Of a stretch of DNA of 64,000 bases, positions 38,034 to 48,144 are shown piece by piece. Every line of letters starts with the position of its first letter. Within the stretch, counting starts at the first letter, position 1. The stretch lies in IMG/VR virus record IMGVR_UViG_3300030002_000007, positions 1-64,000 of that record; one strand, written 5' to 3'. A program made the position numbers and the translations under genes. Below the pieces are notes generated by a model that did not search any database, was not told the origin of the DNA, and saw nothing but the letters and a program-made list of their open reading frames with translations. This DNA comes from a virus.

Positions 38034-39549
38034 GAAAAAGAAGAGACCCAAGGAAGACCTAGACTTCTGGATCGACTACGAAGCCGCGGTCTCTGCGCTT
38101 AACGAGGCGGGCGTTCCAGACACCGTTGGATTCGTGCGTCTGTCTCTGTGGGACAGGATTGCATACTACGGCGCCTTGCAAGTGGCCAAAGCTCAAGGGA
38201 GGATTCCTTCTCCTCCCTCTCCAATACTCCACGCGAAGCCGATGGATCTTCAAGTCCTTCCCGCCGACGTGCCTGAAGAGAAGAAAGCATTTGAGCTGAC
38301 TGACGGGCAAGCCACAGCGTGGAAGAAGCTGAAGCGTTTCGTTGCCTCGAAAGAAGACAAGGATGACTTCTTTGTTCTCCGTGGGTTCGCTGGTACAGGC
38401 AAGACGTTCCTCCTCCAGATGCTGAAGGACCTCAACCTCTACAACATTCTCTACACCGCACCGACGAACAAGGCAGCGAAGGTGCTGTCGTCTATGCTCG
38501 AAGTGCAAGCGAAGACGATCTACTCCGCGTTGGGCATTCGCATGGAGTCTGAGGATGATACGGTCGTCCTGAAGTATCCTGATCGACTGCCAGCGAATCT
38601 TCGCAACTGTGTCTTGGTCATTGACGAAGCCTCGATGGTCGGCCAGCAGCTATTGGACTTCATCAAGCGTGCCCAGTACGAACTCAACCTGAAGGTGATC
38701 TTCGTCGGTGATCCAGCACAGCTAAGGCCAGTAGGCGAAGATCGTTCATACGCTTGGGCTGTGACGGACAGGAAAGAGAATCGTGCCTTGCTCACGGAGG
38801 TCAAGCGAAACGACGCACAGCTCTTGGTTCTAGCAACCGCTCTGCGTCAGTGCTTGCGTACTCGACAGTACGACTTCGACGTTGCCGACTACGTGGATGG
38901 CGAGCAGGTGAAGCAAGTGTCACAGAAGGAACTCGAACGGATGATGGACGGTGATCCGGACACTCGAGTCTTGGCATGGCGCAACAAGACAGTCACTCGG
39001 TACAATCGAATCATCCGTAAGCGGTTAGGGTTCACCGAAGAGTTCTGCATCGGCGACCTACTGTTGCTCGCGGGTCCGATGAATGAGTACGATGCTCAGG
39101 GAGAGCCTGTATTGATTGGCAACACAGACGACGAGCTGACAGTGACGCAAGCCATACTCGACTACGTCACAGTGCAGGAAGTGCAGATCGAGATATGGAA
39201 GCTGACATGCAACCTAGACGGATTGACCAAGACGTTGAGGATTGCAACCGACAAGGGGCACGCAGCTCTAGCACCTCTGCTCTCTCGCATGGCAGCGAAG
39301 GCCCGGAAATTCGACAAGACCAAATCATCTATCGGTCAAGTTACGTGGAAGGACTTCTGGCGAGTGAAGAACACCTTCCATCGTGTTCGGTATGGCTGGG
39401 CATTGACCGCACACCGTGCCCAAGGTTCAACGATGAAGCGCGTGCTAGTTGATCAGGCAGACATCCTCGCTAACAGGGAGACAGCAGAAGCCTTCCAGTG
39501 CCTCTATGTCACCAGTACTCGACCCTCTCACGAAATCGTTTTCAACTAA
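38026..39549 (+). CDS. Dda/RecD-like SF1B DNA helicase
   Basis: GFAGTGKT, APTNKAA, IDEASMV, GDPAQL-PV, ALTAHRAQGST, LYV-STR. Confidence 0.9.
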   Translation: MVEKKKRPKEDLDFWIDYEAAVSALNEAGVPDTVGFVRLSLWDRIAYYGALQVAKAQGRIPSPPSPILHAKPMDLQVLPADVPEEKKAFELTDGQATAWKKLKRFVASKEDKDDFFVLRGFAGTGKTFLLQMLKDLNLYNILYTAPTNKAAKVLSSMLEVQAKTIYSALGIRMESEDDTVVLKYPDRLPANLRNCVLVIDEASMVGQQLLDFIKRAQYELNLKVIFVGDPAQLRPVGEDRSYAWAVTDRKENRALLTEVKRNDAQLLVLATALRQCLRTRQYDFDVADYVDGEQVKQVSQKELERMMDGDPDTRVLAWRNKTVTRYNRIIRKRLGFTEEFCIGDLLLLAGPMNEYDAQGEPVLIGNTDDELTVTQAILDYVTVQEVQIEIWKLTCNLDGLTKTLRIATDKGHAALAPLLSRMAAKARKFDKTKSSIGQVTWKDFWRVKNTFHRVRYGWALTAHRAQGSTMKRVLVDQADILANRETAEAFQCLYVTSTRPSHEIVFN

Positions 39550-39562
39550 AGAAGGGATGCAT

Positions 39563-39964
39563 ATGTTTTCAGCAATATGGAATGGGATACTCGATCATGT
39601 CTATCGTAACAGATTCACAGCTGCAGTGCAGGCAGCAGAGCACGAACTCATGGAGCTTCAGGCTGAACTGAGAGAGGTCAAGGAAAGACACAAGCTGCTG
39701 TCTGCTGCGATCCAAAGTCTAGAGCAGGCTGATGCGAATTTCGCCATTGCCTTCTCTGCGATGAATGCCTTCTCTATTGAACGCATCCCTCGCTGTACTA
39801 TAGAGGGGGCGACTGCCGAAAGCTACGGAGTCCCCTGCAAGTCTGTCGTCGGTTATTTCTTCAAAGACGAAGTGCGCGAGTGGATGTTCACTTGCAGCCT
39901 CGCCACCCATCAACGACTCGTTCTCGAATTCAAGGAGTATCAAGCAGCTAAAACCAAGAACTAA
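39563..39964 (+). CDS. Hypothetical protein
   Basis: GAAGGG upstream; coiled coil. Confidence 0.55.
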   Translation: MFSAIWNGILDHVYRNRFTAAVQAAEHELMELQAELREVKERHKLLSAAIQSLEQADANFAIAFSAMNAFSIERIPRCTIEGATAESYGVPCKSVVGYFFKDEVREWMFTCSLATHQRLVLEFKEYQAAKTKN

Positions 39965-40038
39965 CCTGTTGTAAATATCGCATGGAATGGTTAGCGCGAC
40001 CATTCATCACTTACAAACCTCATGAGGAGCACAAAAGC

Positions 40039-40722
40039 ATGGCAATAAAATACCTTGGCATTGAAGAGCTAGAAACCGGAGCGGCCACCGATCCGATTTG
40101 GGCAATCAACACAGCCTCCAGTTCGGAGATCGGAGTGTCCGGTGAAGTGCATATCGGCATCCCGAAGATCAACGGCTCGAAGATCGATCCCCTGCACATT
40201 CCGCAAACCTGGTTGGCAATCGAACTGACGCGCACCATTCCGCGTAGCCAACTTCTGCATGCGTCCGAATTCCGGACGGCCATCGACAACCAGCTCATTC
40301 AGTGCGTGAGCGCGAAGAGCGCAGCGTCGATCAATTCGCAAGAAGGTGCAGACGAAGAGCGTAGTCGATTGGCCGAGTTCCGTCGGCATGTTCGCGCAGC
40401 GGGTGCCGCTCGTACGCTGGGCAAAGGCATTGGCGAGATCAAGATGGTGACGGTCGGCAATGGGGCAGATGACGATGCAGACGGCGAGACGCAAGTCATC
40501 GGCGGTGGCGAGGATGACGAAGAGGACAGCCCGAAGAAAGGTTTGACGGCCGGCTTCCTCACGTTCGCGGAACGCCTCCCGTCCAAGAGCGACATCGTGG
40601 TGTTGAACGAGATCAAGAGCCGTCGCACCTTCTCACGTAAGGAGATGGTCTACCTGCAGACGCTTCTGAAGGACAAGCCGAAAACGCACGCGGCGATCTC
40701 GAAGCAGCTCAAGAGCAAGTAA
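40039..40722 (+). CDS. Hypothetical protein
   Basis: GAGGAG RBS, TGTAAAT element upstream, terminator downstream. Confidence 0.7.
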   Translation: MAIKYLGIEELETGAATDPIWAINTASSSEIGVSGEVHIGIPKINGSKIDPLHIPQTWLAIELTRTIPRSQLLHASEFRTAIDNQLIQCVSAKSAASINSQEGADEERSRLAEFRRHVRAAGAARTLGKGIGEIKMVTVGNGADDDADGETQVIGGGEDDEEDSPKKGLTAGFLTFAERLPSKSDIVVLNEIKSRRTFSRKEMVYLQTLLKDKPKTHAAISKQLKSK

Positions 40723-40743
40723 AGTTTACTGGCACGCGTAGTC

Positions 40744-40783
40744 ATGGGGAGTCTTCCTTTTCATCGGGAGATTCCCCATTTTT
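40744..40783 (+). terminator. Intrinsic terminator
   Basis: ATGGGGAGTCTTCC / GGGAGATTCCCCAT followed by a T-run. Confidence 0.75.
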
Positions 40784-40986
40784 CGTTTGTGCTCTCGTTT
40801 GTAGCACGGCCCAGTTGCGTATAGTTCAGCACTGCAAAAACGACCCGCAACCCCTGCATTTCCAAGGGTTACGTCACTTTGCCTGTTAGTCGCCTTTTCC
40901 CTCGAAAACAGCCCAAAAAGAGGCGAAAAAGAGCAGTAAACCCCTGTAACTCATTGATTTTGTAGGGAAAAACAGGCTAAAAACCC

Positions 40987-41015
40987 TTGATTTTGGGGCA
41001 TTTTTCCTGTAAAAT
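40987..41015 (+). promoter_or_regulatory. Sigma70-type early promoter
   Basis: TTGATT-17-TAAAAT. Confidence 0.7.
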
Positions 41016-41064
41016 GGAGTTGTAGCAAATCCGTTCATCAATCCATAAGGAAGGAAAAATCAAA

Positions 41065-41316
41065 ATGAGTAACTCGAAAAAGAACAAAGTCACCAAAGGC
41101 CAAATGCTTGACCTGTTGGCATTCATAGTTGTTACCAAGCCAACTACGCTCAAGATGGTGCCGAAGTGCATTAGCAAGCTGGCACTCAAAGACGACTTGA
41201 TCGTCAAGCACACCGTCGGCAAGCGTAGCTACGCGATCCGTCCAAACGGGCGTCGCCTTCTGACCGAGCAGTTTGCCCGCTGCACCCAAGTCATGGCATT
41301 GCTCGCAAATTGGTAA
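41065..41316 (+). CDS. Small basic protein, possible winged helix
   Basis: AAGGA RBS; YAIRPNGRRLL C-terminal wing-like pattern. Confidence 0.6.
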   Translation: MSNSKKNKVTKGQMLDLLAFIVVTKPTTLKMVPKCISKLALKDDLIVKHTVGKRSYAIRPNGRRLLTEQFARCTQVMALLANW

Positions 41317-41397
41317 TCGTTTTTTGTCACACCGGGAACTCGGAAGGGTTCCCTCTCCTGTTTTTCCAACCCGTAGTTCATTTCTGGAGTTTCAACA

Positions 41398-41940
41398 ATG
41401 TCTTCTGCAAAATCCACCAAAGCCATCATCCCCTCCGTCAATCGTCATGGTGTTGCGCTGATCGCGTTGCAGCCGGGTACGCTTGTCAACGTTCGCAAGG
41501 TTGAAGTTTCTGATTGCGTCGAAGGTAATCCCAATGTCGTTCCTGCTCTAATCATGAGCAGCATGATCGGCGTCGGCGATGTTCGCGGCACTACGATGAC
41601 TTCGAGCAAGCAAATGAAAGAGCTGAATCGGCGTCGGCTCGTGGTGATGGTGCGTACTCTGCCCGAGGTGTATGAGCTGTTCACGGTTAGCGTCAAGCAT
41701 ATCTGCTGGAGCTTCGGTCCGTTGGATTTGGAACAGAGCGCATCACTTACCACGAAGATGACACCTGCAGTCAGTGACGCTCCGAAAATTGACACGCCTG
41801 CAGTCACAGTGGCGGCAGTTAAGGAAGTCAAGCCTAACACGATCACGCAACCGAAAGTGACAAAGCCGCGCAGTCGTAGCAAGACAGCAACAGGCGTGGT
41901 GCAGACGCCGGGCCTTCGTGACAAGCCCGCATTTGCGTAA
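41398..41940 (+). CDS. Hypothetical early protein
   Basis: GGAG RBS; hairpin at 41958-41983 downstream. Confidence 0.65.
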   Translation: MSSAKSTKAIIPSVNRHGVALIALQPGTLVNVRKVEVSDCVEGNPNVVPALIMSSMIGVGDVRGTTMTSSKQMKELNRRRLVVMVRTLPEVYELFTVSVKHICWSFGPLDLEQSASLTTKMTPAVSDAPKIDTPAVTVAAVKEVKPNTITQPKVTKPRSRSKTATGVVQTPGLRDKPAFA

Positions 41941-41997
41941 TTGATCCACTGAAGCACGGGGTTGGGTGCGTTCTCCCAACCCCCATTGAGTTTATGA

Positions 41998-42351
41998 ATG
42001 GGAGATTTCATCATGGCATCACGCGACTTGTGGTTCACGGAAAAAGCACCGACGATCAAATGTATTCATTGTGGTCAGCCGAAGATGAGCCACTTGGCCG
42101 TCACGCATCATTGCCCCTTGGGTGCCAAGAATCGCACCCTTGGATATACCCAGTACAGCAACACGAAGCGCTTCGCACCCAAGCCCCTGACCTTGCGTAA
42201 GGTGTGGCTGGACAATCGTGCAGCCCTTGAAGTGTATTTGCAGTCGCACGGTTTCGTTGGCGTGTATCCAAAGAGCCTGCGCCTCCTTCAAGCCTTGGTG
42301 CAGGATACCAACGACACCTACCTGTCTCGCCCGAAGTCCTGCAAGCCCTGA
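41998..42351 (+). CDS. Hypothetical protein (CxHC...H...C)
   Basis: ORF in operon order; start may be the ATG after GGAG. Confidence 0.55.
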   Translation: MGDFIMASRDLWFTEKAPTIKCIHCGQPKMSHLAVTHHCPLGAKNRTLGYTQYSNTKRFAPKPLTLRKVWLDNRAALEVYLQSHGFVGVYPKSLRLLQALVQDTNDTYLSRPKSCKP

Positions 42352-42427
42352 TTTTTCAAGTCGCTGTAAATACACAGTGACGGTATTTCGTTTTAATCAT
42401 CCGCCGTTTCATCATTAGGAGATTCCA

Positions 42428-42850
42428 GTGAAAGCAGTTATCTATCAGTTGTTCGCTACCTCAGACATGTTCAGTATCCCCGAAGCTGAAGCCTACCACG
42501 CATTGCAGCACGGGCACTATGTCGTCAAGGCGTTGTACGACGACGAAGCACGCCAAGGCGCCGCCGTGCAGGTGTTCAATCGGAAATTCCCGAACCTGCA
42601 TTACAACGCTGTGGCCTCCATGCAGTTCGATCCGGAGAACAAGATGACGTTTCTCCAAGCCCTCAATCTGGTCTTCGACAAGACGAACAACATCGACGAG
42701 CCGTGGACGGGTAATGCGGAGATTACTCACAAGCTGAGTTCATCATTGCCGTCTCTGCGCGTCGGTGATCTGATCAAGTTCAACAAACAGGGCTACTTCT
42801 TGGTCGACCCCGTCGGCTTTTCCAAACTCAAAATCGAAAGCGCAAAATGA
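42428..42850 (+). CDS. YodL-like domain protein
   Basis: C-terminal SLRVGDLI...YFLVDPVGF; AGGAG RBS. Confidence 0.55.
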   Translation: MKAVIYQLFATSDMFSIPEAEAYHALQHGHYVVKALYDDEARQGAAVQVFNRKFPNLHYNAVASMQFDPENKMTFLQALNLVFDKTNNIDEPWTGNAEITHKLSSSLPSLRVGDLIKFNKQGYFLVDPVGFSKLKIESAK

Positions 42851-44724
42851 AAACGGCTATGACACTCAAAGAAATGCAAGCCCAGTACCTTGCGGCCAAA
42901 GAGGCTTACTACAACGAAGAACCGATCATGACCGACAAGGCTTTCGACAAGTTGGAAAACGACATTCGTGCCTTAGCTCCCAAGTGGAAAGAGCTGGCGA
43001 AGACGGGCGTTGAAGCCGACAAGAAGATGAAGGCTGAGCTGCCGAATTACATGCCGTCGTTGAACAAGTGCTACCCTGAGCAGTTCCCAAAATGGCTCAC
43101 CAAGCGGAACGCTGATTCCCACCTGCTCATGGACAAGCTGGACGGGTCGGCGTTGCATGTGTCGTACTTGAACGGCAAGCCCTTCACTGTCATGACTCGC
43201 GGCGACGGCACCATCGGCGGTGACATTAGCTTCATGGCGAAGAAGCTCAACCTTCCGACGATTAAGGACAAGGCCCCACGTAGCATGCGTTGCGAAGCGG
43301 TCATCTCGAAGAAGAACTTCAAGAAGTGGGCGAAGGATTTTGACAATCCCCGCAACATGGTCAATGGGCTGCTGAATAGAAAGGCCACCGAGCGGGCCCA
43401 CCCTGCATTGAAGGATGTGGACATAGTGGTGTTGGGTGTGTATGGTTCGATCATGACTTCGTCACCAGCAGACGACGTACCGCGAGGTCTTGAGTGGGCC
43501 AAAGCCCAGGGCTTCAAGACTGTGGCTCACATCATCACAGACAACGTGCTCGATAACGTCAGCGTCGCTCTAGCCCATCGCAAAGAGAAATCGCCCTACG
43601 AGATTGACGGCTTGGTCGTCACATCACCGGGTACTCTGTTCCAGTACTCGAATGCCGAGAAGCCCGGTTGGGTCACAGCGTACAAAGAGAATCTTGATTC
43701 GACAGCGGCAGAGGCCGTAGTCGAGCAGATCATCTATCAGGTATCGAATCGTCGTCGGATCATTCCGAAGATCCAAATCGAGCCGGTGAAGCTTGACGGA
43801 GCGATGGTGCGTTTTGCCACTTGCCATAACGCGAAGTGGATGCGTGATCGTAAGATCGGACCGGGAGCTGTCATTCGTATTCTGCGGTCGGGTGGTGTGA
43901 TCCCGAAGATCATTGCGGTCACGAAGCCGGGTGTGTTTCAAGAGCCTGATATTAAGTACCGTTTGCTTGGAGTGCATTTCGTTGTCGATGGTAACGATGA
44001 TGAAAAAGCAAATCGCACTATCGGCATTCAGTCGGCCAACAAGTTCTTGGGTACGTTGGGTGTCGAGTTCATTGCCGTCAAGACGATCGAAACTCTGTAC
44101 GATGCAGGCTGCACAACGCCTTTCCATTACATGAGCTTGGCAAGCAAGGGCAACGTTGCTCCTATGCTCAAGGCCGGCATCGGTGATGCTAATGCCAAGA
44201 AGATCATGGGCGAATTGAAGCGTGCGTTCTCCCCGTGCAGTCTGTTGAAGTTGATGGTTGCCTCAAACCTGTTTGGCGTTGGCGTTGGTGAACGGCGTTT
44301 GACGGCAATCCAAGCAGCGGGAATATCAATGACGAAATTGATGGCCATGGATGAAGACACCGCCCTCAACGCAATCGTCAAGATCCCCGGCTTCCAAAGC
44401 ACTACGGCAGGGTTGGTCGTTGCAGGGTTGCCACGGTTCAAGAAGTTCTTGGCGACGGCTAAGAAGTACATCACGGTGAAAGACCTGAAGCCTGTAGCGA
44501 AGAAAGTGGTGCAGGGTAAGCTGACAGGTCAGAAGGTGTCGTGGACGGGCTATCGTGACAGCACCGAAGAAGCGGCAGTTGAAGCGGCAGGTGGCGAGGT
44601 CGTGAGTTTCGGATCGAAGACGACGGTGCTTCTGTATAAGCCCACAGGTAAGCCGTCGGCAAAAGTTGCGAAGGCAAAAGCCTCAGGCATCAAGGTTGTT
44701 CAATTCAAGGACCTCAAGGTCTAA
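42847..44724 (+). CDS. ligA: NAD-dependent DNA ligase
   Basis: AYYN...FD-LE, MPSLNK, KLDG, TRGDG, NPRN, IDGLV, RSGGVIP, HhH motifs and BRCT-like end. Confidence 0.92.
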   Translation: MKTAMTLKEMQAQYLAAKEAYYNEEPIMTDKAFDKLENDIRALAPKWKELAKTGVEADKKMKAELPNYMPSLNKCYPEQFPKWLTKRNADSHLLMDKLDGSALHVSYLNGKPFTVMTRGDGTIGGDISFMAKKLNLPTIKDKAPRSMRCEAVISKKNFKKWAKDFDNPRNMVNGLLNRKATERAHPALKDVDIVVLGVYGSIMTSSPADDVPRGLEWAKAQGFKTVAHIITDNVLDNVSVALAHRKEKSPYEIDGLVVTSPGTLFQYSNAEKPGWVTAYKENLDSTAAEAVVEQIIYQVSNRRRIIPKIQIEPVKLDGAMVRFATCHNAKWMRDRKIGPGAVIRILRSGGVIPKIIAVTKPGVFQEPDIKYRLLGVHFVVDGNDDEKANRTIGIQSANKFLGTLGVEFIAVKTIETLYDAGCTTPFHYMSLASKGNVAPMLKAGIGDANAKKIMGELKRAFSPCSLLKLMVASNLFGVGVGERRLTAIQAAGISMTKLMAMDEDTALNAIVKIPGFQSTTAGLVVAGLPRFKKFLATAKKYITVKDLKPVAKKVVQGKLTGQKVSWTGYRDSTEEAAVEAAGGEVVSFGSKTTVLLYKPTGKPSAKVAKAKASGIKVVQFKDLKV

Positions 44725-44737
44725 GGAAGGAATCGTC

Positions 44738-44953
44738 ATGGGAATTTTCGGTACTATACTTAAAGTTGGGGTAAACATCGCAGTCGGTTTTGCGGATAGC
44801 GCCTTGCTCGGAGCTGCGGCTAATCGGTTGCCTAAGTCAGGGCGTCAAGGACTTATTGGCTACGGCCTGCAGAAGAAAGACGGCAGTCACGATCACCGCT
44901 ACAACAAGGGATCGGATCGCACCCCCGCGCAGCAAGCTGGCGACAAGAAGTAA
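44738..44953 (+). CDS. Small hypothetical protein
   Basis: AAGGA RBS. Confidence 0.55.
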   Translation: MGIFGTILKVGVNIAVGFADSALLGAAANRLPKSGRQGLIGYGLQKKDGSHDHRYNKGSDRTPAQQAGDKK

Positions 44954-44970
44954 TCAACTAGAGGGAGATT

Positions 44971-45528
44971 GTGATGTGTTCTATTCTTGAACGAGTAAGT
45001 GTCATGTCTGCACCTGACGAGACTCCTAGGCACTCGCCGTATGGTTACGTGATCCAGCCAGACGGCACGGCGTACGCACTTTTGCAAGAGTTCTGTCATG
45101 GCTTCGTGTTGGCCTGTTTGTACCCTGAAGCCTTGGCAGAGTACAGAGAGGAAGATCCGCGGTACGAGACAGTCGGCGATGAATCGGTCGAGGTTTACAC
45201 TTTGTCGATTCCCGAGAGCGTCGATGACATAAACGTGTTTGCTTTCCAGCGCTTTGAGGGTGCCCAAGAAGGAAAGCTTCCGGCAATTCGTATCTGCACA
45301 TCTCGCATGTTCGGAGATACCACCGTGGATCTTCCGAAGGAGCCCTGCCCTGATAGGCAAATCCTGACGCTTGAGCGCACCCTCTACAAGAGCCTTGAGC
45401 ATTCTCCTGAGGACGATGTGCAGATGGACTTCGCACAGACCACGATGAAAAAGTGCTTGATGCTCGCCGTCAAGGATAGCGATGAGCGCTTCAAGCTGAT
45501 CTACGACAAGCGAGGCCAAGAATGGTAA
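44971..45528 (+). CDS. Hypothetical protein
   Basis: GGGAG RBS, acidic ORF. Confidence 0.6.
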   Translation: MMCSILERVSVMSAPDETPRHSPYGYVIQPDGTAYALLQEFCHGFVLACLYPEALAEYREEDPRYETVGDESVEVYTLSIPESVDDINVFAFQRFEGAQEGKLPAIRICTSRMFGDTTVDLPKEPCPDRQILTLERTLYKSLEHSPEDDVQMDFAQTTMKKCLMLAVKDSDERFKLIYDKRGQEW

Positions 45529-46019
45529 CGCTTCCCTCGCACGTGTTCTTCACACCCAAGCGTTATTTTTGGGCATTGATGCAAGAGCTATACAGCTGTG
45601 CAGTGACAGTTACTGATTGCGGCTGCGGCATGGGGATTCTTTTGGGCATGGCTGATTACTTCAAGCTCCCAATGCGCGGGGTCGACATTTGCCATCGCGA
45701 GGCTTTATCGAACAAGATCGAGTTCATTGATGCTACTACACTGAGCTGGAGTTCGTCAGAGTGGCCTATGCTGTGTAGGCCCTCGCATGGTCAGTGGATC
45801 GGGACAATGATCGATCGAGTTCGAGCTGACGGGTCGTGCATGATCTACATTGGCTTACCCCGCAACGTGAAGCGTGATCTTGCAGGTGCTCGTTTCGTCA
45901 AGATCACCACCAAGCCCGTTGGTATTGATGGAGAACATTTCTACGTAGTCCCATCCAACGGATTTCCTTACTGGCCCACCATACGCGATGCTTTGAAGCG
46001 CGTGCCTTATTTGGAGTAG
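45522..46019 (+). CDS. Class I SAM-dependent methyltransferase-like protein
   Basis: VTDCGCGMG motif I, GVDI, FIDAT. Confidence 0.6.
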   Translation: MVTLPSHVFFTPKRYFWALMQELYSCAVTVTDCGCGMGILLGMADYFKLPMRGVDICHREALSNKIEFIDATTLSWSSSEWPMLCRPSHGQWIGTMIDRVRADGSCMIYIGLPRNVKRDLAGARFVKITTKPVGIDGEHFYVVPSNGFPYWPTIRDALKRVPYLE

Positions 46020-46022
46020 CGC

Positions 46023-46214
46023 ATGACTTTGAAAACTCAATTCACTTTGGGTGACGTAACTCCCGACTCTATCGGAGAGAATCCCCAGTGGCGTTACATC
46101 CACATGGTAACCCCTCGACCCAACCGAGATCCTGCACGGCAGACGATCGTGCTTCCTGAGAAGGATGCGTACTTGCTGTTCGGTGCGGCTGAATTGGTCG
46201 ATAAAGTCGGTTAA
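46023..46214 (+). CDS. Hypothetical protein
   Basis: GGAG RBS. Confidence 0.5.
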   Translation: MTLKTQFTLGDVTPDSIGENPQWRYIHMVTPRPNRDPARQTIVLPEKDAYLLFGAAELVDKVG

Positions 46215-46302
46215 ACCCTTGATTTTGGGCAGTTTCGGCAGTTTTTTCATGCTGATTCTGCCCAAAAGTGCGTCCTAACCCCGGTTTTCATGCTGATATT
46301 GC

Positions 46303-46331
46303 TTGTTTTAACGTACTTTTTCCTGTAAAAT
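46303..46331 (+). promoter_or_regulatory. Sigma70-type early promoter
   Basis: TTGTTT-17-TAAAAT, context conserved with 40987 and 61076. Confidence 0.7.
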
Positions 46332-46373
46332 GGGGTTGTAGGCAATCCGTTTATCACTTATCAGGAGATCACC

Positions 46374-46931
46374 ATGAGCACATTGAATATCGTCAAACAA
46401 TTGTTGAAGTCCCGCTCCCCAGTAATGAACAAGCTCGAGTCGTTGGCTGACCGTTGGTCGGAAGAGAAGCAGTACGAAGACATCAACGAGTACGCAGCTG
46501 CGATCAAAGCCGTGTTGCCGAAGAACATTAAGTTCATCAGCATCTCGAGTTCCCCGTTCGGGTTTACGTTTGCCGTCGAAGGTGACGTGTGGCGCGTGAA
46601 GTTCAATGCGTCGTCAGTCAGCGTCAAGTGCCTCAAGCAGGCAACTAGTGCCCAGCGTCGTACATCAGCATCGACCGCTACCAAGCCGGTGCGCTCGTCG
46701 CATAAGCAATTCACGCAGAAACAGTTGCACGAAGCGTTCGAGATGGTTCAGAACAAAAAGAACTGGAAAGGCGTCGTGCGTTGCACATTGCCAAACCCGG
46801 GTGAGTTGAACATTGAATGTGCTCGGCAGGCAATCGTTCACTTCACCGGCTCACTTCCAGAAGTTATCCTGCTCGGTGGTGACCGAGTTCGTTTTCGCGC
46901 AGCAGGCTACTACGCAACAATCGGTAGCTGA
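46374..46931 (+). CDS. Hypothetical early protein
   Basis: AGGAG RBS directly after the promoter. Confidence 0.7.
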   Translation: MSTLNIVKQLLKSRSPVMNKLESLADRWSEEKQYEDINEYAAAIKAVLPKNIKFISISSSPFGFTFAVEGDVWRVKFNASSVSVKCLKQATSAQRRTSASTATKPVRSSHKQFTQKQLHEAFEMVQNKKNWKGVVRCTLPNPGELNIECARQAIVHFTGSLPEVILLGGDRVRFRAAGYYATIGS

Positions 46932-46999
46932 GTTTTTCTTGTAGTTCATTTTCGTTTCAATCGTTCATTTTCCGTTCATCACTTTATCAGGAGTTCCAA

Positions 47000-47293
47000 A
47001 TGAAAACCATCTCTATCAAATTCGCTCAAGCCAACCAACTCGTGACTGAGTCCTCCATCCTCAAGGCTTTCCAAGCCCAGCGTCGTGCCTACATGCAAGC
47101 CCTTGGTACGAAAGAGTTGCCGGTTGAAGACAAGCCGCTCACCAAGTACGCCATCCAGTGCTTCAAGGCGTTCAAAGCGAACCACAAGCTCTGTCAGTCG
47201 GCGCACGATCACAAGCGCCTTGCCAAGTTCTTCGCCGTGAAGACTGCCACCAAGGGCATCGAGTTCCTAAAGGCGCGCAAACTCGCAAAGTAA
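47000..47293 (+). CDS. Small basic hypothetical protein
   Basis: AGGAG RBS. Confidence 0.7.
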   Translation: MKTISIKFAQANQLVTESSILKAFQAQRRAYMQALGTKELPVEDKPLTKYAIQCFKAFKANHKLCQSAHDHKRLAKFFAVKTATKGIEFLKARKLAK

Positions 47294-47310
47294 AACTGCC
47301 GTAACAAGGA

Positions 47311-47328
47311 AGGGGGCGAAAGCCCCCT
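47311..47328 (+). terminator. GNRA-tetraloop hairpin
   Basis: AGGGGGC GAAA GCCCCCT; no clear U-tail. Confidence 0.45.
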
Positions 47329-47356
47329 GATCCCACGTTCTGAATTGGAGTTCGTC

Positions 47357-47650
47357 ATGTCTGAAAAAGTCGGCAAAGGTAATCCCGTCTCTATTCCCGT
47401 CGGCAGCATAGTTGAGGTTTTGCGCACCCCTCACACTGAGAAGGTCGTACCGAAGAGCATCTTTTCTTCTGTGTATGTCGTCAAGGCTGAAGCCATCAAC
47501 AATCTTCACGATCCCGAGCATCACATCGCATACACCATTCACACTGATCTCACCGTGCGGTTGTTCTCCGGCGACCTGAAAGTGATGGAGCTGTGCACTA
47601 GTGCCGACCAGTTGTTGGCAGCCGCTGAAACAGACGGCTTCTCTTTTTAG
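47357..47650 (+). CDS. Hypothetical protein
   Basis: GGAG RBS. Confidence 0.6.
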   Translation: MSEKVGKGNPVSIPVGSIVEVLRTPHTEKVVPKSIFSSVYVVKAEAINNLHDPEHHIAYTIHTDLTVRLFSGDLKVMELCTSADQLLAAAETDGFSF

Positions 47651-47663
47651 GGAGTTGTTCATC

Positions 47664-47891
47664 ATGGCACTCACACTCAAAGCAGTCAACGCAGAGATCA
47701 CGAAGCGTGGCCTCAACCTTGAACTCTTCAAGGGGCAGGGTTACTTCTACTTCAGTGGCGATGCGTGTAACTTGCGGCAGAGTACGAGCGTCATGGTCAA
47801 TAGCCTGAACCAGTTGACGCTTGAGCAGTGGGTTGAAGAAGCCGTCGAGATGGCCAAGCCCTCCAGCAGTTACATCCCAGTTAATGATTGA
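47664..47891 (+). CDS. Hypothetical protein
   Basis: GGGAG RBS. Confidence 0.6.
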   Translation: MALTLKAVNAEITKRGLNLELFKGQGYFYFSGDACNLRQSTSVMVNSLNQLTLEQWVEEAVEMAKPSSSYIPVND

Positions 47892-47901
47892 GGAGTTTCT
47901 C

Positions 47902-48135
47902 ATGGAAGATACAACGCAAAGACCGCTTATCACCGCGAGTCAAGTCGAAGAAGTTGAAGCTCACAGGTTCATAGCTGATGCGTCAGATCTGCAGTGGCCA
48001 CCGGGGTACTTCCCCGAAGTATTGGACACCAGCCTCGGAAACAAGCTGCCGTTTTATCGTGTGTCGTTGACTGCGCAGGCTGCCAAGTACGAGCAGCACT
48101 CTGGTTGCATTTCGCTCACTGTATTGAACGACTAG
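47902..48135 (+). CDS. Hypothetical protein
   Basis: GAGGAG RBS. Confidence 0.6.
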   Translation: MEDTTQRPLITASQVEEVEAHRFIADASDLQWPPGYFPEVLDTSLGNKLPFYRVSLTAQAAKYEQHSGCISLTVLND

Positions 48136-48144
48136 GAGTCGATC

